A stretch of DNA of 41,580 nt, from contig JAGBSZ010000003.1 of assembly GCA_017631585.1 (NCBI GenBank), positions 1 to 41,580 of the forward strand. Direction: 5' to 3'. The notes beneath the pieces were generated by a model that made no database searches, was not told the DNA's origin, and saw only the letters and a list, made by a program, of their open reading frames with translations. Within the stretch, counting starts at the first letter, position 1. Each line of letters starts with the position of its first letter. Below, in pieces: positions 1 through 9,000 of the stretch. The stretch is from Bacteroidaceae bacterium (lineage in GTDB: Bacteria > Bacteroidota > Bacteroidia > Bacteroidales > Bacteroidaceae). Both the position numbers and the translations under genes were made by a program.

Positions 1-1
1 A

Positions 2-217
2 CCCCAAGCTACAACTACACGCGTACAACCGGTACGTCATTCAAGAGTAGTATGCCTTGTCAGCGAGGAAGAGATGAAAATCATTGACGATTATCTGAAA
101 AAATACCGTATAACCAATAAAAGCAATTGGATGCGCGAGACTCTTCTGTCGTTCATATACAAGAACCTTGACGAAGACTACCCTACTCTCTTTGGTGAAC
201 ACGATATGCGACGTTGA
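2..217 (+). CDS. 3' end of an ORF entering from upstream of the window (71 codons visible); ribbon-helix-helix-like region, function unknown
   Basis: Frame 2 is open from the window edge to TGA at 215-217. It is absent from the supplied track because no start lies in the window. The visible peptide ..SRVVCLVSEEEMKIIDDYLKKYRITNKSNWMRETLLSFIYKNL.. has strand-helix-loop-helix spacing like RHH/CopG-type binders. The stop is 2 nt before the tadA ATG. Confidence 0.3.
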   Translation, partial: PQATTTRVQPVRHSRVVCLVSEEEMKIIDDYLKKYRITNKSNWMRETLLSFIYKNLDEDYPTLFGEHDMRR

Positions 218-219
218 CA

Positions 220-651
220 ATGACTGATACTGAATACATGAAATTAGCCCTCGCGGAGGCTAAAAAGGCATACGACGAGGACGAAGTACCCATTGGAGCT
301 ATCGTTGTTTGCAAAGGACGGGTAATTGCACGCTCACACAACCTCACAGAAGCCCTTAACGATGTAACTGCACATGCCGAAATGCAGGCAATAACCGCTG
401 CAGCCACAGCCATAGGCGGAAAATACCTGAATGACTGCACACTGTATGTAACGGTAGAACCATGCCCCATGTGCGCCGGAGCTATTGCCTGGTCACAGTT
501 AGGAAAGCTCGTATATGGTGCAACCGACGACAAACGAGGCTACAGAAAATATGCGCCTGACGTATTGCACCCAAAAACGGAAGTGATACAAGGAGTATGC
601 GCTGATGAGAGTACAGAACTGATGAAGAGGTTCTTCAACAGCAAAAGATAA
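220..651 (+). CDS. tadA: tRNA-specific adenosine deaminase TadA (CMP/dCMP deaminase zinc-binding fold)
   Basis: Carries the HAEMQA zinc/catalytic motif and PCPMCAGA motif, about 143 aa, collinear with TadA. The track ORF begins at TTG 214; the in-frame ATG at 220 is the more likely start. Confidence 0.9.
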   Translation: MTDTEYMKLALAEAKKAYDEDEVPIGAIVVCKGRVIARSHNLTEALNDVTAHAEMQAITAAATAIGGKYLNDCTLYVTVEPCPMCAGAIAWSQLGKLVYGATDDKRGYRKYAPDVLHPKTEVIQGVCADESTELMKRFFNSKR

Positions 652-691
652 TATTCTTTATCTTTTGTTGCTCAACCAATAGATGCAACTA

Positions 692-2158
692 CTAATTTCT
701 TTTTACTTTTTTACTTTTTAAATATACAGCCACTGTCACCACCAGTGTAAGCACTCCGCCTGATATATACGCCAAAGCGCGGTTTTCCATACCGAACATC
801 ATCGGAGAGATAAAGATATACGATGAACAGACGTATGTCATTATCAATGCCGGCACAGCACCTATGAGAACAGGCTTTTTGTTACGGAACAGATAAACTG
901 TTATACACCACAGTGTAACAACTGCAAGTGTCTGGTTGCACCATGCAAAATAGCTCCATATTGTCTGGAACGGCAAGGCAAAGATTATGAACAGCGCAAT
1001 AGCGAATAAAGGCAATGAGACAAGCACTCGCTTGAAAAGTCCTTTTTGGGAGATACCGAACATATCGGAAACAATAAGCCTTGCGCAACGGAATGCCGTA
1101 TCACCTGATGTTACCGCACAGCCAACCACTCCCAGAAGCACACAGGCTGACACCACTGTGCCAAGGGTTGTTTCCGTTATCACATCTACCAATTTCGCGG
1201 CACTGCCTCCATACTCGGCAATGGCAGCGTTAAGTCCTTCCACTCCACCCCAGAATGCCATGCCTATGGCAGCCCAGATAAGTGCAATTATACTCTCTGC
1301 AATCATAGCACCATAGAATATGCCGCGTGCCTGTTTCTCTGAGGTCATACAACGTGCCATCATCGGCGACTGGGTGGCATGAAATCCCGACAAAGCACCG
1401 CACGCAATGGTTGTAAAGAGCATTGGCACAATGGGGAATTTCTTGGGGTCGGCAATGCCGTTACTCAACGATGTAAGCTCAGGTATAGGATAGATATCGC
1501 TCTGTGTCAACAGAACAAAAAGGATACTCAACGCCATTATAAGCAATGCCACACCGAATACAGGATAGAAACGGCCTATAATCTTGTCTATCGGCAACAG
1601 CGTTGCAAGAATATAATATATAAGTATTACGGCAAGCACGGCAAACAGTTCCCATGTAACATCATCGAACGCCGTAACTTCGAGCGACGGCAAAGATATG
1701 TTGGACGCTATCAGTTCAGCCGGTTGCGACATGAACACAGCACCAACAAGCACCATAAGAAATACAGAGAATAGACGCATGAACATTCGTGTTCCGTTGC
1801 CAAGATATTTGCCTATGATTTCAGGCAAGCTCAATCCGTTGTTCTTCAAAGAGATTACACCTGCCACAAAGTCGTGCATGGCACCCATGAAGATACCGCC
1901 CAATGTTATCCACAGGAAGGCTACCGGGCCATATGCCGCACCAAGTAATGCACCGAAAATGGGACCAAGACCGGCAATATTCAGCAACTGGATAAGAAAG
2001 ACTTTCCAACGTGGCATAGGGAGATAATCCACACCATCGTACATTGTCTGTGAAGGTACCGGGTTGGCAGGGTTTATCTCACATGTTCTTTCAAGATACT
2101 TGCCGTATGTAAAATATGAAACGACAAGTGCAACAAGGCAAATCAAAAATGTTATCAT
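692..2158 (-). CDS. cstA: carbon starvation protein A family transporter (CstA, peptide/pyruvate uptake type)
   Basis: 488-aa polytopic membrane protein. The N-terminus ...YGKYL...DGVDYLPMPRWKVFLIQLLNIAGLGPIFGALLGAAYGP... is the characteristic CstA N-terminal signature. Confidence 0.88.
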   Translation of the reverse strand: MITFLICLVALVVSYFTYGKYLERTCEINPANPVPSQTMYDGVDYLPMPRWKVFLIQLLNIAGLGPIFGALLGAAYGPVAFLWITLGGIFMGAMHDFVAGVISLKNNGLSLPEIIGKYLGNGTRMFMRLFSVFLMVLVGAVFMSQPAELIASNISLPSLEVTAFDDVTWELFAVLAVILIYYILATLLPIDKIIGRFYPVFGVALLIMALSILFVLLTQSDIYPIPELTSLSNGIADPKKFPIVPMLFTTIACGALSGFHATQSPMMARCMTSEKQARGIFYGAMIAESIIALIWAAIGMAFWGGVEGLNAAIAEYGGSAAKLVDVITETTLGTVVSACVLLGVVGCAVTSGDTAFRCARLIVSDMFGISQKGLFKRVLVSLPLFAIALFIIFALPFQTIWSYFAWCNQTLAVVTLWCITVYLFRNKKPVLIGAVPALIMTYVCSSYIFISPMMFGMENRALAYISGGVLTLVVTVAVYLKSKKVKRN

Positions 2159-2163
2159 AGCTT

Positions 2164-4059
2164 TTATTTTTTATTCAATCTTATTTTCTCTCCACTAACG
2201 GATATTATCTCTTCGTCACACATTGTGCGCAAAAGACGGCTCATGGCTTCGCGTGGCAAAGCCAAAGCATCCAATTCAGTAATATCATGCCATTCGCCGT
2301 CAGAAAGCATGGCAAGCAGCGCATCGTGAGCATTGATTGGAGCAACCGGCTCAACTTCGCGCTTTGAAAGGCACACATCACAACGTCCGCAAACATCCGC
2401 ACGCTTCTCGCCAAAATAGGCAAGCAGTGAGGCACTGCGACATATTCTGTCGTTGGTGGCATAGTGTATCATGGCATTCAGACGTTCACCGAACATTGCC
2501 TTGCGCTCCTCATACACCTCGCGCTCAAAGCGCAACTCACTGCCAAGCACTCTGTGACGAGTGAATGTTATTATAGGACACTTCTTTGACGGAGCATACG
2601 ACACAAGTCGTTTGTTTGTCAAGGATACAAGAATCTCATACATGCGGTGACGCGAGAGCTTTGTAATACGCGAAAGATAACGTTCGTCGATGAAAGCGTA
2701 GTCGGTAAACAGACCGCTGTAATTGCGCAAAAGAGCATTTACAAGCAGTTCGTAATCGGCAGGCAATCCACGGAAGTGGAACAACGCATCCTTATCGACA
2801 ATGAAACGCACCCGTGAGGCATACTCCATCTCCTCGACATACTCGATGTACCCCATGCGTGTGAGCAGACGCAACGCGCTGTCGGTCTGATGCAACGGAC
2901 GATGATACTTCTTGCAGAAATCGGAAAGCGAGAATTCAAAGGTGCAGTTCAATCCGTCACCGAGTGCCATGCTATAGTAATAGCATATCTCATCGTATAT
3001 CTCGCGGATAAATTCCTTTGGAGGATAGTTATCGCCAAGACGACGCGCAACAACCTGCTTGTCGGAATGGGCGAAAAGAGTTACCGCATATGCAAGGTTT
3101 CCATCGCGTCCGGCACGTCCTGCTTCCTGAAAATAGGCTTCGATAGAACTTGGCAAGTCGATATGCACAACAAGGCGCACATCAGGCTTGTCTATTCCCA
3201 TGCCGAAAGCATTGGTGGATATCATTACACGGGACCTTCCGCTTTTCCATGCCTCTTCGCGGCTGTCCTTGACCTCGGGAGAAAGACCGGCATGGTAGAA
3301 TTCTGCCGTTATGCCTCGCGACACAAGGAAGTCGCACACCTCTTTTGTCTTTTGGCGGTTCTGCGTATATACAATGGCTGAACCTTGTACCTTATCCAAT
3401 ATATGCAGGAGTTCCTTCGCCTTGTTGTCGGTATTACGCACTACATAGACAAGATTCTTGCGTTCAAAACTCATGCTGTAGCAGTTCTCCTCCTTGAAAC
3501 CGAGCTGCTGCTGGATGTCCTTCACCACCTCGGGGGTTGCTGTGGCTGTAAGCGCAAGAACCGGAACACCGGGAAAGAGATTGCGCAACTCGCCTATGCG
3601 ACGGTATGCCGGACGAAAGTCGTGCCCCCACTGCGATATACAGTGAGCCTCATCGACTGTGATAAGCCGTACGTTTACCTTTTTTATCTTTGTAAGGAAG
3701 AGTTCGGACGACAGACGTTCGGGCGATATATAAAGAAACTTGTAATCACCGAAAATACAGTTTTCGAGAGCCTTTATTACATCGGCAGTTTTCATTCCCG
3801 AATATATTGCGGCTGCTTTTATACTGCGGCTGCGCAGGTTCGCCACCTGGTCTTTCATAAGAGCAATAAGCGGTGTCACCACAATACACAAACCATCCTC
3901 AGCAAGAGCCGGCACCTGAAATGTAATGCTCTTGCCACCACCGGTAGGCATAAGACCGAGCGTATCACGCCCGTTTCCTATACTCTCGATTATTTCGCGC
4001 TGTATTCCACGAAAATCATCGTACCCCCAATACCGTTTAAGGATTTCCCTATATTTCAC
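2164..4059 (-). CDS. recQ: ATP-dependent DNA helicase RecQ
   Basis: Walker A MPTGGGKS, DEAH box VDEAHCISQWGHDFRP, a RecQ C-terminal zinc-binding CGRCDVC motif and an HRDC-like tail; 631 aa. Confidence 0.95.
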   Translation of the reverse strand: MKYREILKRYWGYDDFRGIQREIIESIGNGRDTLGLMPTGGGKSITFQVPALAEDGLCIVVTPLIALMKDQVANLRSRSIKAAAIYSGMKTADVIKALENCIFGDYKFLYISPERLSSELFLTKIKKVNVRLITVDEAHCISQWGHDFRPAYRRIGELRNLFPGVPVLALTATATPEVVKDIQQQLGFKEENCYSMSFERKNLVYVVRNTDNKAKELLHILDKVQGSAIVYTQNRQKTKEVCDFLVSRGITAEFYHAGLSPEVKDSREEAWKSGRSRVMISTNAFGMGIDKPDVRLVVHIDLPSSIEAYFQEAGRAGRDGNLAYAVTLFAHSDKQVVARRLGDNYPPKEFIREIYDEICYYYSMALGDGLNCTFEFSLSDFCKKYHRPLHQTDSALRLLTRMGYIEYVEEMEYASRVRFIVDKDALFHFRGLPADYELLVNALLRNYSGLFTDYAFIDERYLSRITKLSRHRMYEILVSLTNKRLVSYAPSKKCPIITFTRHRVLGSELRFEREVYEERKAMFGERLNAMIHYATNDRICRSASLLAYFGEKRADVCGRCDVCLSKREVEPVAPINAHDALLAMLSDGEWHDITELDALALPREAMSRLLRTMCDEEIISVSGEKIRLNKK

Positions 4060-4061
4060 TA

Positions 4062-5786
4062 TTATCGGGTAAGTTTTGTGTGTATGCTCTCTATCTGCAG
4101 CTGAAGTTCACCGTGCTTGTAGGCATTTTCCTCGAGGGTGTAGCAGATATCGAAAGATTGTTTCGATTTGATATATTTTGCCTGACGGCTCTGACCGAAT
4201 GCTATGCCGTTGAATACTTTATTCGACATATCATCGACAAGTTCAAGTTTTATATGTTCCTGACGGCGACCTACAACCTTGCTTGTTCCGTAGTCGCAGA
4301 CGTTATGTGTGCAGAATACAGGCTTGGGGTTGTGAGGACCATGAGGCGAGAATTTCTTGAGGTCGTTGAAGAACTTGCGTGTTATCTGATGGAAACCAAT
4401 TTCGGCATCGATGTCTATTGTTGGCGATGTCTGTTCAGGCAATATGTTCTGAGTGACAAACTCCTCGAAACGTGCCGCAAAAGCCTCGATATTCTCCACT
4501 TTCAACGAGAAGCCGGCTGCATAAGTGTGACCTCCGAAATTGTCGAGCAGGTCGCGGCAGCTCTCCATAGCCTTGTAAAGGTCGAAACCGGTAACCGAAC
4601 GCGCAGAACCTGTAGCAATATCTCCCGTACATGTTATAACCACAGCCGGACGATGATAAACCTCGGTAAGGCGCGATGCGACAATACCTATCACTCCACG
4701 ATGCCAGTCAGGGTTGAAGATTACTATTGCACGACGCTCCTCGAAACTCTCAAGACCGGCAACAATATTGTTTGCCTCCTCGGTCATACTCTTGTCGATT
4801 TCCTTACGTGCCTCGTTGAACTCATTTATCTGATAGCTCATCTCAAGTGCCGCCTGCAAATTGTTCTCAATGAGCAAATCTACAGCCATTTTGCCCTGCT
4901 GTATGCGTCCTGAAGCATTGATACGGGGACCAATCTTGAAAATTATGTCATTTATGCTTATCTCCTTTTCTTCCAGCCCGCAAACATTGATAATAGCCTT
5001 GAGACCAATGCTCGGGCTATGGTTTATCTGCTTTATTCCATGGAAGGCAAGTATTCTATTCTCACCCACGATAGGAACAAGGTCGGAAGCGATACTCACT
5101 GCCACAAGGTCGAGTAACGGATATAGCTGGTCGGCAGGAATGCCGTTATCCATGGCAAAAGCCTGCATAAATTTGAAGCCGACTCCGCAACCTGAAAGAT
5201 GCGGACAAGGATATGTTGAATCGACACGTTTGGGATTTAGGATAGCCACGGCACAGGGCAACACCTCATCGGGGACATGGTGGTCGCAGACGATAAAGTC
5301 GATACCCAATGATTTTGCGTATGCTATCTCCTCTATAGCCTTTATACCACAATCAAGGACAATAATCAGCTTTACATCGGTGGAATATGCATAATCCACA
5401 CCGCGCTTGGAGATACCATAGCCGTCCTCGTTGCGGTCGGGGATATAATAGTCGATATTCGATGAGAATTGTTGCAGGAATTTATACACCAATGCAACGG
5501 ATGTTGTTCCATCGACATCGTAATCGCCATACACCAATATACGTTCCTTTTTACCGAGAGCCTTGTTAAGACGCTGCACAGCAATGTCCATGTCATTCAT
5601 AAGGAACGGATTATGGAGCATGCTCAATTTGGGACGGAAAAAGTTCTTTGCATCAGAAACAGAAGTGATATCCCTTTTCACAAGCAGACCGCACAGGACC
5701 GGACTGATATCCAGTTCCGCCGACAGTGTGTTTGCCAACACCATCTGCTCATGCGTCAAGGGTTCATATTTCCATTTCTGCTCCAT
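4062..5786 (-). CDS. recJ: single-stranded-DNA-specific exonuclease RecJ
   Basis: DHH family motifs (YGDYDVDGTTS, VLDCG, CDHHVP) and the DHHA1 motif GGHTYAAGFS; 574 aa. The stop is 2 nt from the recQ start. Confidence 0.95.
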   Translation of the reverse strand: MEQKWKYEPLTHEQMVLANTLSAELDISPVLCGLLVKRDITSVSDAKNFFRPKLSMLHNPFLMNDMDIAVQRLNKALGKKERILVYGDYDVDGTTSVALVYKFLQQFSSNIDYYIPDRNEDGYGISKRGVDYAYSTDVKLIIVLDCGIKAIEEIAYAKSLGIDFIVCDHHVPDEVLPCAVAILNPKRVDSTYPCPHLSGCGVGFKFMQAFAMDNGIPADQLYPLLDLVAVSIASDLVPIVGENRILAFHGIKQINHSPSIGLKAIINVCGLEEKEISINDIIFKIGPRINASGRIQQGKMAVDLLIENNLQAALEMSYQINEFNEARKEIDKSMTEEANNIVAGLESFEERRAIVIFNPDWHRGVIGIVASRLTEVYHRPAVVITCTGDIATGSARSVTGFDLYKAMESCRDLLDNFGGHTYAAGFSLKVENIEAFAARFEEFVTQNILPEQTSPTIDIDAEIGFHQITRKFFNDLKKFSPHGPHNPKPVFCTHNVCDYGTSKVVGRRQEHIKLELVDDMSNKVFNGIAFGQSRQAKYIKSKQSFDICYTLEENAYKHGELQLQIESIHTKLTR

Positions 5787-5937
5787 TATATCTCTTTTGC
5801 TATTTATTCAACGTGTAAAGATAATGGAAAAGAGCGAGAAAATACCACATTTTACAAAAAATAATTTATAACGACATCAAACAGGACGCAAAACCTGCTA
5901 TTATTGTCTGTTTGTTTGACAATATTAATTTTATTAA

Positions 5938-5945
5938 TATTTTTG
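5938..5945 (+). promoter_or_regulatory. candidate Bacteroides-type -7 promoter box (TATTTTTG) upstream of the large glycosidase gene
   Basis: Matches the TAnnTTTG consensus of the Bacteroides primary sigma factor. It lies 89 nt upstream of ATG 6034 in an AT-rich gap, further than for the other promoters here. Confidence 0.3.
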
Positions 5946-6033
5946 CATAAGTTTTTGTAACTTAGAGGAATTGTGGATTGATTTTTCACTCAACACAACA
6001 ATCACCATTACCAAACAATTAATCCAAAATAAA

Positions 6034-9000
6034 ATGAAAAAACTTTTGACTACCGCATTACTTGCACTGTCACTATGCTTTACACAAGCTGTACAGGCAA
6101 AAGTAACACACCTGTTGCCAAAGCCACAGGTAATTGAGTTGACGAATGGCAATGCGTTTGCACTGGGACGCACAGTTACCATCACCGACCCTACAGATTG
6201 TACATTGCTACGGGAATTCTTTACCGACAATGGCTGTACAATAGCAGATGGAGGTATCCCTGTAACAGTGACACTTGTAACCAGCATTGAGGGTGCTTAT
6301 GATTACGAGCTTTACGGTTATGAGAACGAGAGCTATTCACTTGAAATCACAGCAGATGCCATCAACATCAAGGCTGTTACAAAGACCGGAGTTATCCGCG
6401 CGGTGCAGACACTTTCACAGCTTGCGGAGGGATATGACGGTACACCACAGCTTGAATCGTTGACAATGACCGACTGGCCCGCATTCAAGCTTCGCGGTTA
6501 TATGCACGATGTAGGTCGTTCATTCATCACAACCGAAGAACTAATCAAGCAGATCAAGCTCTTCTCACGCTTCAAAATAAACACTTTCCACTGGCACTTG
6601 ACCGAGAACCAGGCATGGCGTTTCGAGGTTAAAGCATATCCTCAGCTCACAAGCAATGCTTCGATGACACGCTTTGCCGGACAGTACTACACACAGGAAG
6701 ATTGCAAGGCTGTAATGGCTGCCGCAAAAAAATATGGCATTGTTGTTATTCCCGAGATTGACATGCCGGGACACAGCGAAGCATTCAAAAGAGCCATGGG
6801 TTACGACATGCAGAGTACCGATGGAAAGAAAGCACTTAAAAAGGTTCTTGATGAAGTAGTAGAAGTTTTTGCAGACGCACCTTATATCCACATCGGTGGC
6901 GACGAGGTTGCAACAACAGCCGCGTACTTGAACGAAATGATTGCCTACGTTGAGAGCAAAGGCAAAAAAGCCGGAATATGGAACCGCATCAACGGCATAA
7001 ACCAGAGCGATTTGAATGCTTCAATCACACAGATGTGGGCATCGAGCGGCACACTTGCTGCCGGCAAGCCAAACATCGACTGCCGTTACAACTACACCAA
7101 CCATTTTGATGTTTTTGCCGACCTCGTAGGTATATACAAGAGTAACATATACTATCGTCAGCAGGGCGACCCGGAGGTTGCAGGCACACTCTCCTGCGCA
7201 TGGAACGACCGCAAGACCCCTACACAGGAAGATATTATTATCCAAAACAATGTCTATGCCAACGTGATTGCAAGTGGCGAGCGTGCATGGATTGGCGGTG
7301 GCAAAGAGTATATCGAGAAAGGCGGTACTACCCTTCCGAACAGCGGCAAGGAGTATGATGAATTCGCCGACTTTGAGCGTCGTTTCCTTTTCCACAAGGC
7401 AAACTCATTGAAGAACGAGCCTATTGCGTATGTAAAGCAGACAAATGTACGCTGGAGAATAACAGAGCCATTCCCCAACGGCGGTGACATGAACGCCTCT
7501 TTTGCACCTGAAACAGAAGGCTTGAAAGAGAGCTACACTGTGAATGGAACAACATACGGCACAGGCATTGCAACAGGCGCCGGTATCTATTTGCGTCACA
7601 CCTGGGGTAATAATACAGTACCTACATACTACGGCACCACAAACCACAACAATGTAACTTCGTATGCATGGACATACGTTTACAGCGACAAGACACAAAC
7701 CGTAGGCGCACAGATTGAGTTCCAGAACTATGGCAGAAGCGAAAAGGATTCAGCACCCGATGCCGGCAAATGGGACAGAAAGGGTTCAAGAATTTGGCTG
7801 AACGATTCTGAAATTCTCCCACCAACATGGGACAACACCGGCGTTGGAATAAACAACGAGGTTGATCTAAAGAACGAGAACTTCACAGCCCGCAAACCTA
7901 TTCAGGTTACACTCAAAGAGGGTTGGAACAAGGTGTTCATTAAGTTGCCATACGTTGGCGCAAGCGGTGTACGTCTGAACAAGTGGATGTTCACATTCGT
8001 TCTTACCGACCTTGACGGCAAGAATGCTGTTGAAGGTTTGGTTTACTCGCCAAATAAGAGAATGGATGTCGTAGCAGAACAGTTGGGTGCAACAATTACC
8101 GAAATAAAGAGAGAGATTGCAAACAGCACAGGCGAACAGCCGGGACAATACAGCCCGGAGCTTGCAGAAGATGTGAATGCAGTAATTGCAGAGATTGAAG
8201 CGACACTTGATACCACAATGAATGAAGAGGAGCGCGCCGCACAATTGGCACAGCTCAACGCCGCATTCGAGACTTTCAAGGCATCACTTGCCACTGCAAA
8301 GATAAACCAGCCAAAGGCAAGCAACAGCGAGGTTAGTTACTACTACACCATGTGTACTCCACAGCGCGAGAACCGTTATGCATCATCAAACGGAGCAAAT
8401 GCAGATATGACCGGCAACACAACAGTCTCTGATGCATCAAAGTGGAAATTCACACTACGCAACGACGGTAAATATAACATCATAAACAAGAGCAACGGCA
8501 CATATGTTTCACCGGCAAGCAGCAACAACACAGCACTTCGCACACAGGCAAATGAACCTGCAAGCGGATGGGAACTGAAAGAGGCTGCAACACAGGGGTT
8601 GTTCATCATTGTGAGCGGCAGCGCACAGTTCAACCAGACAAACAACAGCAGCTTAGGTTACAAGGTATATAACTGGGGAAGCGGTACAAACACCACCGAC
8701 ACCGGTTGCCAGTATCTTATAACAGAAGTTGAGACAATAGAAGAAGGCGGCGAAGTAACTCCTCCGGCAGAAGAGGATGATGTGACATCTGTTGAAATCC
8801 TTGCCTCAAAAGGACAATATACAGCAAGCAACGCCAACGGTACATGGCACTCACGATGGGAGAGCAATGAAGTTACAGGATTTTCATTCGCGGCAAGCGC
8901 GAACAATATGACAACATCAGGCGACTGCATTGCAGGATATTCGGGACAGTCACAATCATCGACATACACTATCACTGCCCCTGCCGGCTGGATGGTGACA

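Noticed and set aside
220-651. Deaminase toxin with an upstream RHH antitoxin
   Set aside because: The 143-aa protein is collinear with housekeeping TadA, including the HAE and PCxxC motifs and the C-terminal helix. It lacks any toxin-delivery domain, so the simple tRNA-editing annotation is preferred.
3385-4913. Long antisense ORFs opposite recQ/recJ (239 and 277 aa), and similar shadows at 10258-10782, 19557-20231, 23482-23988, 34817-35395 and 40571-41188
   Set aside because: Each lies entirely within, and antisense to, a gene with unambiguous family motifs. The translations are low-complexity or Cys/Arg/His-rich and have no recognisable motifs. These are typical shadow ORFs.
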